Source: Rebecca billardiae RCC1528 (taxonomy: Eukaryota; Protista; Haptophyta). From it: a stretch of DNA of 64,000 bases. Position numbers and translations under genes: made by a program. The stretch lies in the NCBI GenBank assembly GCA_965240325.2, contig OZ251222.1, positions 5,026,636 through 5,090,635 of the forward strand, in the 5' to 3' direction. Position 1 is the stretch's first letter. Each line of letters begins with the position of its first letter. This document shows, piece by piece, positions 44,400 through 56,290 of the stretch. The notes beneath the pieces were generated by a model. It had not been told where the DNA came from and did no database searches. It saw nothing but the letters and a program-made list of their open reading frames with translations.

Positions 44400-47300
44400 G
44401 GTGGTCAGGACTGACGTGAGCCCGCGTCGATCACGCTGCGCGCGCTCCCGCCGCACAGACAGGGGCTGCAGTGGCCGCGCCGCGCTCGAGCTGAGCGCCC
44501 GCCGAGTGCTGCTGCTGTGCCGGCTGCTGCTGCGGAGTGCTGGCTGCAGCTGAGTGGGCCGACGCAAAGCCTGGCGCCGGAGAGGCTGGCCGCGCGCCAG
44601 GGAGCGCGCAGCAGGCCCAGCGCCTCGTCCTCGTCGAACCTGCCCCCGCCCCGGCTCCCCATCCTGCCCTTCATTTAACCTGCTCCTGGTGCGCGTAGTG
44701 AGCGGCAAGCATCAGGTCCCTCCTCATCGCGCGTGAGGGCCCGCTCTCGGCGCACAGCCGTACCGCGTACGATACGCGCCCACTGCAGTGCGGCTGGTCG
44801 CGCGCGCGCCTCACGTCAAAGGGTTAGGGTGCGCCTTGCCGCGGCGCGAGCGCGTTGAGGCCGAGACGAGCACGTTCGATTCGAGCGCTGCCTTTGCGTG
44901 TCGGCAGCGGTGATGAGCAGCAGTCGCGCAGGCACCGCCCTGTCCCACCGCGCTGCGAGGCACAGTCACACCATTGGCACTCGCGCCCGGCTGGCCGGCC
45001 GCCCTCAGCGTGCCGTCGGACGGCCTCGAGGGGGCGGGTTGGGCGGCGGACGAGCGACGACGGGCGTCTGCTGGCGAGCCTTGGCCGCGCCGTGCGCGTC
45101 GTCTTGCCAAGCGCAGCCATCGCCCGCGCCCGCGCCCGCCGCCGCCATGTGTAGTCGCGCGTTGCCGCGCGCGGCCTGCGCCGAGTGCTCTGACCGCACG
45201 GCAGCTGCAGGTCTGGCTGGCGAGGTGCGATGAACCGCTGCGCAGCACGCGGCGTTCAAGCCGAGCGCGAGGCGTGGGACCCCCCGGGCTACCCGCACGA
45301 AGGCGCACACGACGACCTCGAGCCAGCCTCGGGCTGCGGCTGCAGCGCCTAACCTAGGCGTCCGGAGCCGTGCCGGCTGCGCCGAGCGCGCAATGCCAGG
45401 CGCGCCCGCGTCGAGTGCGGCTCGGCTGGGCTCGTCTGACCTCGGCGAAGCACGCGGCGCCGCGGTGCCGAGGTCGAGGCGTGGCATCCCGCGACTATGC
45501 CCGCGCGGGCCCGCGCGGGCTGCCCGTGCCCCAGGCTCGGGCTGTCGCGGCCGTACCGATGCTGGGCCTGGGGCAGCGCGCGCGGCCGTCGCAGGCTGTC
45601 CATCGCGCGCCCGCGCGGGCGCGACGCGTGGGGCGGTGCGAGCCAGCCGAGCGACCGCAGCGCGTGCTGCTCGGCGGCGCGTGGCGGGAGCGCGCCGCGG
45701 ACGTGGCTGGCGCCGCGCACCTGAGCACACTGCCCCCGCCCCCGCGCCCCCATCTTCCACCTCGTCCGAGCAGCCTCCAGTGCGCGCCATCACGGCCGCG
45801 AGCCGCCTACGCGCAGCTGCTGCATGCCGCTGGTCGCGCACGCGCCTCACGTCGAAGGCGCGGCCGCCCCTTACAGGGACGCGTGCACGTGGCGACCGAG
45901 ACGAGCACACCCCAGCGCGGTCAGCGCGGGTCGGCAGTGGCGAGCAGCGGGAGAACAGTCTCTATGTTGAACGGCCGCGCACGCCGCCGGGCCGAGCTCT
46001 GCGCGCAGACTTGGCAGCTGTTTATGCGTTGCTGACGGGCACCGCGCACTGCGCGGCGTCGTGCAAGCGACGGAAACGCGAGTGCATCCCCCCAGTACGC
46101 GCGCTCGACCGCTCGGCAGTGCACCCGCGCGGCCGCGCGCGGCCGGCAGCGTGTGCGTGGCAGCGCGGCCGAGCAAGGTTGGCTGGCAGTGCGCTCGCGC
46201 CACCGCGATGGCCGCGCGTGGGACGCGGCGAGCTGGCCGAGGCGCTCTGGGCGCACGCTTCGACGGCGCGTGGATCCTCTCGAGCACCACTGGGCCGCCG
46301 TGCGCGCGCACGCGACGCGCACGACAGCCGCCCTCCGGCGGACGGCCGGGAAGCGGCGCCGCCATGCTGGCTTCCGAGGCCCAGTTGACTTTTCCCTGCA
46401 TTCCCTCGCCTGGAATATCGGCGCGTTGGTAATCTTTTTATATTTTCGCGACGTCACCGACGACCGTTGGTCGCGGCTGCGCGCGAATCAGCATGGCCTC
46501 TCCCCACGAGTCCGCATCCCGCGGCGCACGATGGGCGCGAGCCCGCGTCGGACGAGGCGGTCGTGCGCCTGGAGGCGCGTACGTGGAGCGCCGTATCCGC
46601 CCCTGCGCCTCGCACGAGCCCAAGGTGCGTATCTGTCCCAGCCCAGTCTCACTCGCCATCCGACCTGTCTCCGGCGAGCGGCGCGGGCCGTCCGATAGCC
46701 GCGCTGGGCGGTTTGGGGAGGCATGCGGCGATGGCGGGCGTCTATCGACGAGCCTTGGCTGCTTTGTGCACACCGTCGAATCAGCGGCCATCGCCCGCGT
46801 CGCCGCCCACCGCCGCCATTTGTGATCTCTGTCGCAGCGCGGCCTGCGAGTGTCCCGCGGACCACTCAGCAACTGCAGCCGAGAGAGGTGGCAATGCCAT
46901 CTCTCTCTGCTAAGCCTGCAGCTGGCTTGTGCCGTTGTGGCTGGCTAGGTGCTGTTGCGCTTCGCGGGGCGCAGCACGGCATGTCTGTGCGCGGGCAGTC
47001 GGGCCACTCGGACGGCCGAACTGGTGGGTGAACGGGCCACGCCCGCGAGGGCATCCCAGCGTGCAGCAAGGGCGGCCCAGTCAGGGCGGGAGCGCGGCCG
47101 CGCCGAGCGGCGCGTCACGGCTGCCGATTGCGCGGCTCTTGCGCGGTGGGACGTGTGTGTGAGCCCCACCGTGCACGCTCCTGCGGCGCCGAGGCTGCCG
47201 CTCCGCGCCCGAGCAGATCGCGCGGCGCGCGCGGCGGCGCCTGCCGGGTGCTGCTGCTGTGGCAGCTACCGCCGAGCGCTGCTGGCTGGGCCGCACCGGA

Positions 47301-50300
47301 GAGGCGGGCCGCGCGGCCGGGCGCTGCGGATGTGGAGCGCCGCAGCCGGCCCAGCGCCTCGCACCGGTCGATGCTGCCCCCGCCCCGGCCCCCCATCTTA
47401 CCCTCCGTCAAGCCTGCGCCTGGTGGGCCGCGTAGTGAGCGGCAAGCATCAGGGCGCTCCTTATCGCGCGCGAGCGCCAGCTCATCTGCGCACGGCCGTC
47501 CCACTGCGGTGCGGCCGGGCGCGCGCGCGCCTCACGTCGAAGGAGCGGGCTCGCCTTGCCGCGGCGGCCGAGACGAGCACTGTCGAAAGCACTGTCGAGC
47601 GCGACCATCGCGGCGGCGAGCAGCGGTTGTGGCTGGCGCAACGCACCGGCCCAGCCCGCCCCCGCCCCCGCCCCCCCATCCTTCACCTCGTCCGAGCTGC
47701 CTCCACTGCGCGCCATCACGGCCGCGCTGCGCACGCCCGCACACGCGCCTCGCTTCGAGGGAGCGGCCGTCCCTTGCCGTGGTGCGTGGCGGTCGAGAAG
47801 AGCGCACACTCCGGCGCCCATGACCACCGCGGGTCGGCGGTGGCGAGCAGGAATCGCGCAGCCTTCATTTTCAACAGCCGCGCGCGCGCCGCGGCCGAGC
47901 TCTGCGCACAGACTTGGCAGCTGTTCACGCGTGGCTGGCGGGCACCACGCACTGCGCGGCGTCGTGCGTGCGAGTGGCGGAGACGCGAGTGCATCCCCCC
48001 AGCAAGCGCGCTCGGCCGCTCGGCCGTGCGCTCGCGCGGCCGCGCGCAGCCGGCAGCGTTTGCTTTCAGCGCGGGCCGAGCGAGCGGGCAGTGCGCTCGC
48101 GTCGGGGGCGCAGTCGCAAGGGCTACGGGTGGGGCGGTGCGAGCCGGAGGGGGTGCACCGAGCGCATGGTGCTCGGCGGCGCGTGGCCCCTCTCGCGCAC
48201 CGCTGAGTCGCGCTGAGTCGGCGTGCGTGCGCGCCGGACAGCACGACGTCCGCCTTGAGCCCTTGAGTCTTGACCCCGCGAACGCCGAGGCGGAACGAGG
48301 GCCGCCATGCTTGCCGAGGGCTGTTTTCTTTTTGCGTGGGTTGCCGGCGGTGTTTTTTTGATTTTTCCCTCGCGCTCCCGAATGCCGTCGCTTGTTCGCG
48401 AATCAGCATGGCAGCCCGAGTTCTCCGCGGGGTGGGTCTCGCTTTGCAGACGGGCGCAACGGCGGGAGGTGCCGGCGGGTCAGCAACGCGCGCACGCGCG
48501 TATGCGTGCTCCTCGTCCGCTACGCGCGCGTGCGCGCTCACTGCCTCGGCGCAGGCGTAGCTGCGCGCCGCGTGTCGGCTCGCGACCGCCGGGCGTCGCG
48601 GCTCGGGCCGCAGCGGCCTGGCAGGCGAGGCTCGCGCCGACGAGCAGCAGCCCGCGCACTGCGGTCTCGCGCGGGGTGCGTGCTGCGCGCTTGGACTATC
48701 CTCTTGCCCGCGACTGCACGCACGCTCTGCGACGCGCATGCCGCTGCGCGGCGTGGCGGCTCTCCGAGGCTGCGTTGGGCGTCGGACGGCGGCGCGGCCG
48801 CGCGCCGGGGGCGACGCGCGCATGGCACCCCACTGCCGTCCGAGCGCCTCGCACCGTTTGAAGCTGCCCCCGCCCCGGCCCCCCATCTCAGTCTTCGTTC
48901 AAACTTCACCTGGTGCGCGCAGGGGGCCGCAGCCAGGCCAGGTTGCTCATCGCGCGCGCGCGCCGCCCAGCCCACGCGCGTACTGCAGTGCAGCCGGTCG
49001 CGCGCGAGCGCGCCTCGCGCGGAAGGGGCGGGCGCGCCTTGCCATGGCGCGAGCGCGTGGCGGTCGAGACGCGCACACTCGAGCGCGGGCAGCGCGTGTC
49101 GGCGCTGGCGCCAGCACTGGCACGGGCATTGCCCTGGGCCGCCGCGCGCGCAGGTCGCCCTCTCGTGCGGCTCCTAGGTCGGCGGGCTGGGGGGCCGCCA
49201 AGGGGAGCGACGCGCTGCGCGACGTCGTGCGAGGGATGGACTCTCCATCCACCTCGTCGCGCGCTCGACCGCCCCTCCGTGCGCGGCGGGCGCGTGGCCG
49301 CACCCAGCCGGCAGCGCGCGCGCGGCCGAGCCGGGCCGGGCCGAGGGGCCGGCGGCGCGCTCGCGCCAGGGGCGCAGACGCAAAGGCTACGGGTGGGGCG
49401 GTGCGAGCCAGCGGGGGCACGCTGGGCGTACGCTGCGCAGCGGCGCGTGGCGCCGCTCGCGCACCACTGCGCCGGCGGGGACGTGCGCGCCTTGACCGTC
49501 CGCCTTGACTCCGCCGGCGGGGACGGGGCGCCGCCATGCTTGCGGCCGAGGGTCTTGATGGCCTTTTGTTTTTCCGCGCTCGCTGTACGCCCAAAAAAAA
49601 CCCGGCGGATGTTCAACTTCCCCCCGGCACCACCAATCAAACAAGGCGCCCGGACTTCGCCAAAACAGGCGGCCGATAAATTTCACAGAAAAAACCTGAA
49701 AATAAAAGCCTTGCGCGCGGTGCCGACTGACTTGCGGGGACTGACTGTAAGTTCCCCGACTGACTTGCGGCCGCCTGCGCCATCCACGATGCCGTCGACA
49801 CCACTTCCATCGTCCCGCTGGGTCTTGGGCTCCCTTTGCAGACAGACGGGCGCAACGGCGGAGGGTGTCGGCGGGTCGGCAAGGCGCGCACGTGCAGGTG
49901 CGCGCTCCTCGCCCTCCACGCGCACGTGCGCGCTCGCTGCCTCCGCGCAGGACCAGCTGCGCGCCGCGTGACGGCTCGCGGCCGCCGGGCGTCGCGGCTC
50001 GGGCGGCAGCGGCCTGACAGGCGAGGCTCGTGCCGACGAGCCGCAGCCTGCACACCGCGGTCTCGCGCGGGGTGCGTGCTACGCGCGTGGGTTGCCCTCC
50101 CGCTCGCCGGCCGCACGCACGCTCTGCACCGCGCATGCCGTTGCGGTGAGCGGCGGCTCTCAGAGGCTGCGGCGGGCGTCGGACGGCGGCGCGGCCGTGC
50201 GCAGGGCGTCCTACTGCCGACCCAGCGCCTCGCACAGGTCGAGGCTGCCCCCGCCCCGGCCCCCCATCTCACCCTCCGTCCATCCTGCGCCTGGTGGGCC

Positions 50301-53300
50301 GCGTAGTGAGCGGCAAGCATCAGGGCGCTCCTCATTGTGTGTGAGCGCCAGCTCATCTGCGCACGGCCGTCCCACGGCGGTGCGGCTGGGCGCGCGCGCG
50401 CCTCGCGTCGATGGAGCGGGCGCGCCTTGCCGCGGCGGCCGAGACGAGCACTGTCGAAGCACTGTCGAGCGCGATCATCGCGGCGGCGAGCAGCGGTCGT
50501 GGCTGGCGCAACACGCCGGCCCAGCCCGCCCCCGCCCCCGCGCCCCCCCCATCCTCCACCTCGTCAGAGCTTCCTCTGGTGCGCGCCATCACGGCCGCGC
50601 GGCGCACGCCGCTGGGTGCCGCCGCTCGCGCGCGCGCCTAGGTTAGGGCGGTCTGGGCGGGCAGGCGGCGATGGCGGGCGTCTCTCGGCGGGCCTTGGCT
50701 GCGGCGGGCGCATCGTCTAGTCAAGCAGCAGTCACCCGCGCCCGCGCCCGCCGCCGCCGTTTGTAGTCTCAATCTGATTTTGCCGCCGCGCACTGGAGTG
50801 TTGCTGCGGGCGTGGTGCGCAGCAGCCGACCCAGCGCCTCGCACCGTTCGAAGCTGCCCCCGCCCCGGCCCCCCATCGTCCACCTCGTCCTATCTGACTC
50901 CGGTGAGCAGCAGCTGCTGAATGCCCAGCATACGCCCTTGCTGCCCGTGCGCAGGAGGCTGAGCCGTGCGGTGCGTGATGGCTGGCGGCCCGCGACTGGC
51001 GTCACGCTCGGCGTACGTGAGGCGAGTCGGCGGGCAGCCTGCGCACCACGGGTTGGCGCGCGGCACTGGCGTGCTACACCGAGACGAGACGACACATGCG
51101 CGCCCACGCCCGCGCTGCCTGCAGCACCGGCCGGATGCACCGCTGGTGCGTTGCCACACTCAACGGCAGCAGCGGCCGGCGGTCCGGTGCGGGATGCCAC
51201 GTGCGCGCGCGCGCGCTCGGCGCGGCGGCTGTGGCGGGCCGGCGGAGGGCGCAGGAGTGCGCGATGGAATGACTGCAATGCTCCCACACCACTGCGCGGG
51301 GCCGCGTGTGCGCGCTCGCGCGCAGCGCGCTCTCTCCTCGTCAGCGTGCGCACTGCTCGATGGGCGTGCGGTCGTGCCCGAGGTGCAGCGCTTGCGTTGG
51401 GCGCGGCGGCGCGGGCGGGTGCGCACCGGGCGCCGCGTGCGGTATGCGTGCGCGGAGGCCCTCGTGCCCGCGCGACGGCGCGCGCGGTCGACCTGGCATC
51501 GCGGGAAGAGGCATGGCTCCTGACGATGCAGTCTCGCTGCGAGGCGGCGGGCGCTGCCATCGTCCTCTGCGCCTTTTTCCTTCCCGCGCATCTCGCGACG
51601 CTCCGTTTTGTTTTTGGTTTTCTTTCTCGCCGGCGCGGTCCGCTGTCCACGATGGCCGTCCGGCCTTTCCGCATGGGCGCACGAGCGCGTCGCCTCGCCG
51701 CAGCGACTTGGGCGCGGCAAGAGGGCGCGATGGCGCCCTGCGCGGCGGGCACGCGGCGTGCAGCGCGAATGCATCGTGTCCAGCTCATCGCGAGATGGCT
51801 CGCACGCTGCCGTTGCGAAGGCGGGGCCGCGGCGACGGCTCGCGGTCGGCATTGCGCTCGCGTGATGCGGCCGCGCGTGAAGCGGGCTGGCGCACGGCCG
51901 GCGCGCCACGGGCTGGCGGGGAGCGCCGGGTAACACCCACCTGGCCCGTGTCGCGCACGCGCGAACGCGCGCTGCCCACCGCGCCGGCCAGGGGCGCCGT
52001 GGGAATGTTGCCACGCGCGACGGCCCGGGGGACGGTCGGGACTGGCCGCCCACCAGTCGCGCGCGCGCGCGCGCGCGCGCCCGGCGCGCGACGCGCGAGC
52101 GGAGTGCGCGTGCGTGCGCGAATGGCCGATGGCGCTGCGCCCGCGCCACTGCGCGGGGCTGCGTGCGCGTACCCGCGCGCGGCCTGCTCACGTGTGGACG
52201 GCGTGTGCACGCACGGCTCTGCATGCGGCCGCGACCGCCGTGGCGCGGCGCCCGCTGCCCGGGGACGGTGGCGCGGGCGGGTGCGCGCCGGGCGCCGGGT
52301 GACGCGTCTTCGCTGCGGCGCGCGCCTCCTCGGCCCGTGCGCGACCGCGCGCGCCTGCAGTTGCGCGAGCGGGCGCGGGCGGAGTGGCGAAGGCGCCGCT
52401 CGCGCCCGGAGGCGATGCCGCCATCGCTCTTTCCACCGGGCTGGCGGCCAGCCGCTGACGAAACGAATCGAAACGAATCCGTGTGGTCGTCTGGGCTTTC
52501 TTTTCGCGGAGCAGCCAGCATGGCTGCCGAGGCGGCGGATGGCACGTTGCTTTTTGTCGTTGGCGCTCACGGCACGCTCGCGGCGGCGCGGCGGCGTGCG
52601 GCGCGAGCGCGTGCTCGCACAGCTGGCGAGTCGCGCGCGGCACCGCTGCTCGAGACAGCGAGTGCCATCGCCGCGCAGCAGCGTCGCGTCAAAGAGCGCC
52701 GCAGCCAAGCGCGCGGCCCGCTGAGTGTAACGGCTTCCTGCCCGCCGCCGGCGCGTGCCGGCGGCGAGCACGCAGGGCTCGGCGCGTGCGCGCCCTCCGG
52801 TGCCAGACGCGAAGGCATGCGTCTTGGAGGCATACGTCACACGGCCAGCCCCTGTGCCACCGCGCCAGCGTGAGACTCGGCGCCAGTGCTCGGTCCGGCC
52901 GGCAGCCCTGCCGCCCTCAGCGTGATGCAGTCGGACGGCCTCGGGGGATGGCGGGTTGGGCGGCGGACGAGCGACGAAGGGCGTCTGCTGGCGAGCCTTG
53001 TCCGCGCCGTGTGCGTAGTCTAGCCAAGCAGCCTTCGCCCGCACCCGCGCCCGCCGTCGCCATTTGTAGTATGGTCGCCAGTTGCCGTGCACCCTGCGCA
53101 CGGCGTGCCGACCACGCGGCAGCTGCTGGCCTCTGCCTTCCGGCCGGCGAAGTGCGATGAGCCGCGGCGCAGCACGCGGCGGTCAAGCCGAGCGCGAGGC
53201 ATGGGACCCCCTGGCTACCCGCACGAGGGCGCACGCGACGACCTCGAGCCACCGATGCTGGGCCTGGGGCAGCGCGCGCTGCCGTCGCGGGCTGTAGTCC

Positions 53301-56290
53301 ATCGCGTGCCCGAGTGGGCGCGACGGCAGCGCGTGGGGCGGTGCGAGCCAGCCGGGCGACCGCAGCGCGTGCTGCTCGGCGGCGGCGTGGCGGGAGCGCG
53401 CCGCGTACGTGGCTGGCGCCGCGCACTATCTGAGCTGCCCCCGCCCCCGCACCCCCCATCTTCCACCTCGTCCGAGCTGCCTCTAGTGCGCGCCATCACG
53501 GCCGCGAGCGGCCTACGCGCAGCTGCTGCATGCCGCTGGTCGCGCACGCGCCTCACGTCGAAGGCGCGGCCGCCCCTTACAGGGACGCGTGCACGTGGCG
53601 ATCGAGACGAGCACACCCGAGCGCGGTCAGCGCGGGTCGGCAGTGGCGAGCAGCAGAAGAGCAGTCTACATGTTGAACGGCCGCGCACGCCGCGGCCGAG
53701 CTCTGCGCGCAGACTTGGCAGCTGTTCACGCGTGGCTGGCGGGCACCGCGCACTGCGCGGCGTCGTGCGTGCGAGTGACGGAGACGCGAGTGCATTCCCC
53801 CAGCAAGCGCGCTCGGCCGCTCGGCCGTGCGCTCGCGCGGCCGCGCGCGGCCTGCAGCGTTTGCGTGGCAGCGCGGGCCGAGTGACGGGCGGGCAGTGCG
53901 CTCGCGCCGCCGCGCACGATCGCGATCGCAGCGCGTGGGACGTGGCGAGCTGGCCGAGGCGCTTTGGGCGCGCGCTTCGACGGCGCGCGGATCCTCTCGC
54001 GCCACACTGCGCCAGCGGGCGCGCGCACGCGACACAGCCGCCCTCCGGCGGCCGGCCGGGAAGCGGCGCCGCCATGCTGGCTTCCGAGGCCGAGTTGACC
54101 TTTCCGGTTTTCCCTCGCCTGGAATAGACCCCTTCAGGGACGGTTACGGCAGCCATGCTGACCCAGACCAGCGCAGGTCGTCTCGGGGTACGCTGGTGGC
54201 GTCTCTGGATGCCCGGCGAGCACCTTGCTGCGGCGTCGACGTGCTAGCCGACGGGCGTTAAGGACTTGTTGAAGGACTTGGCGCCCGTCTCGGAGGTGAT
54301 CGGCGTTGATGAGCTCGCTGGTAAGGTGTTCGCCGTCGACGCGAGCATCTGGATCCACCAGCTCGCCACTATCCATGCTGATGTGCTCGATGCGGGTGAT
54401 TATCCAACGCGGCCTCTTCTTGTCGCGCGCGCGACGGCCCCATCGCATGGGACTGATTGCACAAGGTTGCCTGCGCGATAGTTTTGCGAGCGCGTCAGAC
54501 TCGGCTGCTCGGAGCGATGCTGCGAATACGTGTGCGCGCCTGTCAACAGCGGGGCAATCCTTCACCACGCGACCCTACTGGTTTCTGCGTGGGAACGATG
54601 GCGCAAGGGCAAGACCACACCCACCAGTGACATCTGTAGCCTAGCGATCAGCCAGCTGTTCGGCGCGTGCCACGTGGCTGGCGCTGCTGCACCGCGAGCG
54701 GCGCGCGGGCTGCGCTGTCACCGCACGGCAGCAGCTGTGGCTGCGACACACCGGTCGAGCCGCGACAGGGTGCCTGCTGGCCCATGGCTGCACATGCGCG
54801 GATTCGTGCACAGCCACGACACGGTATGGCAGGGCCGCTTGATCTGCTCGCGCGAGAGCCTTTGGGTGCCAGCTAGCGGGGGCGCCGCACACGCGCCCGC
54901 TCGCGCTGCGCAGCAGACGGGTGCAGTGTTGCGAGTGCCGAGGGCTGCGCACGCATCGCACGCGTTGCTGTGCGCTGCTCGCGGGTGCTCGTGGGTGCTC
55001 GCTCAGGCGCGTGGACCGTCAGGCCACCCAGCGGCCGACGCGCCTCGTCCGCTGCCGCGAGCAGCCCCGCGCTGGCGACTGGCGGTGCCCGTCTGCAGCA
55101 GGATGGCGGTGCATCGGACGGCGCGCGCCCGGCGAGTGCCCTCAGCGGCATGCTGCTGGACGGTGCACGCCAGGGTTGGCCCCCACGCGAATATGAATCG
55201 CTCCTGGCAGGCTGGTAGCTTTTAGAGATGGACGACAAACTGCGCCGGGCGGGGCCGCGCTCGGCACCTCGGCCGAGAATCACAGCGTGTCGCCTCACTG
55301 CATGTCTCTCACATCCGCACTGGAGGCACAGTGCACGGCCGCCCGCGGAGCGCCGCAGACAGCCCTTAGAGCAGTGCGGCAGGTGTTTAACAAAACTGAG
55401 CAGAGAGCGCGGCAGCACGGCGCGCGCGCACGGCGCAAGCAGCACGCGTACTCGCCGGATGCACTTACCCCCACGTGCGCGTGCACGCCCGCAGTGCGGT
55501 CTCACTGAGTGACTAATTTCGCGCCGGAGTGTTAGGCTCCGCGTATACAATGAGCACTACGTAGTTCGGCTGGCACAGGGCAGGCAGCTCCGCTCACGCC
55601 TGACGGGCGGTGATGCCGTGCGCGGCGCGGCGTGGCTGAGATTTCGATCAATGATAGGAGTAGGCAGCACGCTGATGCTGCGCCACCGCCGCAGCGGCGT
55701 GGAACCCCGCGGTATTACCCACACGAGTGTGCATATAAGCACTACATCACGGCCTGCACAGCAGCAGCGGTAGTGCACCACTCTAGCTGAAGCCGAGTGT
55801 GTCACACCGTCTGTCAAGACTGCGCGGCCGCGGCGACGGCTCGCGGTCGGCAGGCGTCGCGTTCGCGTGTTGCGGCCGCGCGTGAAGCGGGCCGGCGCGC
55901 GGCCGGCGCACCGCGGGCTGGCGCGGAGCACACTGTCACACGCAGACGGCCAGTGGCGTGCACGCGCGCGCGCGCGCTGGCTGCCACGCCGGCCAGGGGC
56001 GCCGCGCGCATGTTGCCACGCGCGACGGCCCAGTGGGGGGGGGGGGGGGGGGGGGGGGGGCACTCGCCCGTCGCGCGCGCGCGCCGCGCGCCGCGGACGG
56101 GCGGGCGGCGTGCGCACGCGCGCGCGTGCTCGCAAAACCAGCGTGTGGGCGAGCGGGCGGCTGCTCTGCTCCAGGCTCGCAGGTGGTGGCAAGAGCGCAA
56201 TGCCCAGAGCGTGGGCAGCACGACGCCAGGCGTGGTGGCTCCGGCCGTGGTAGGCAGGCGGGCCAGCGGCCAGCGCTAGCACGCGGCCCC
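44400..56290. repeat. Subtelomeric mosaic of degenerate kb-scale duplicated blocks
   Basis: Direct paralogous blocks: ~44980-46420 / 52890-54125, ~47350-47730 / 50220-50610, ~48440-48920 / 49830-50300 and ~51825-52070 / 55820-56080. The motif GCCGCCATGCT followed by a T-rich stretch recurs at ~46358, 48301, 49530 and 54068. No credible CDS apart from the XPG fragment. Confidence 0.8.
54251..54481 (+). pseudogene. XPG/FEN1/EXO1-family nuclease N-domain fragment
   Basis: Reads (T)GVKDLLKDLAPVSEVIGVDELAGKVFAVDASIWIHQL, matching the MG(I/V)xxL...L.GK..A(I/V)DAS.W XPG-N signature. The start codon is ACG rather than ATG, there is a stop at 54479-54481, and no I-domain was seen. Confidence 0.75.

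Noticed and set aside
44400-54100. 200-490-aa ORFs in the subtelomeric mosaic as retrotransposon or helicase genes
   Set aside because: No RT, endonuclease, transposase or helicase motifs were seen, and reading frames are not conserved between paralogous blocks.
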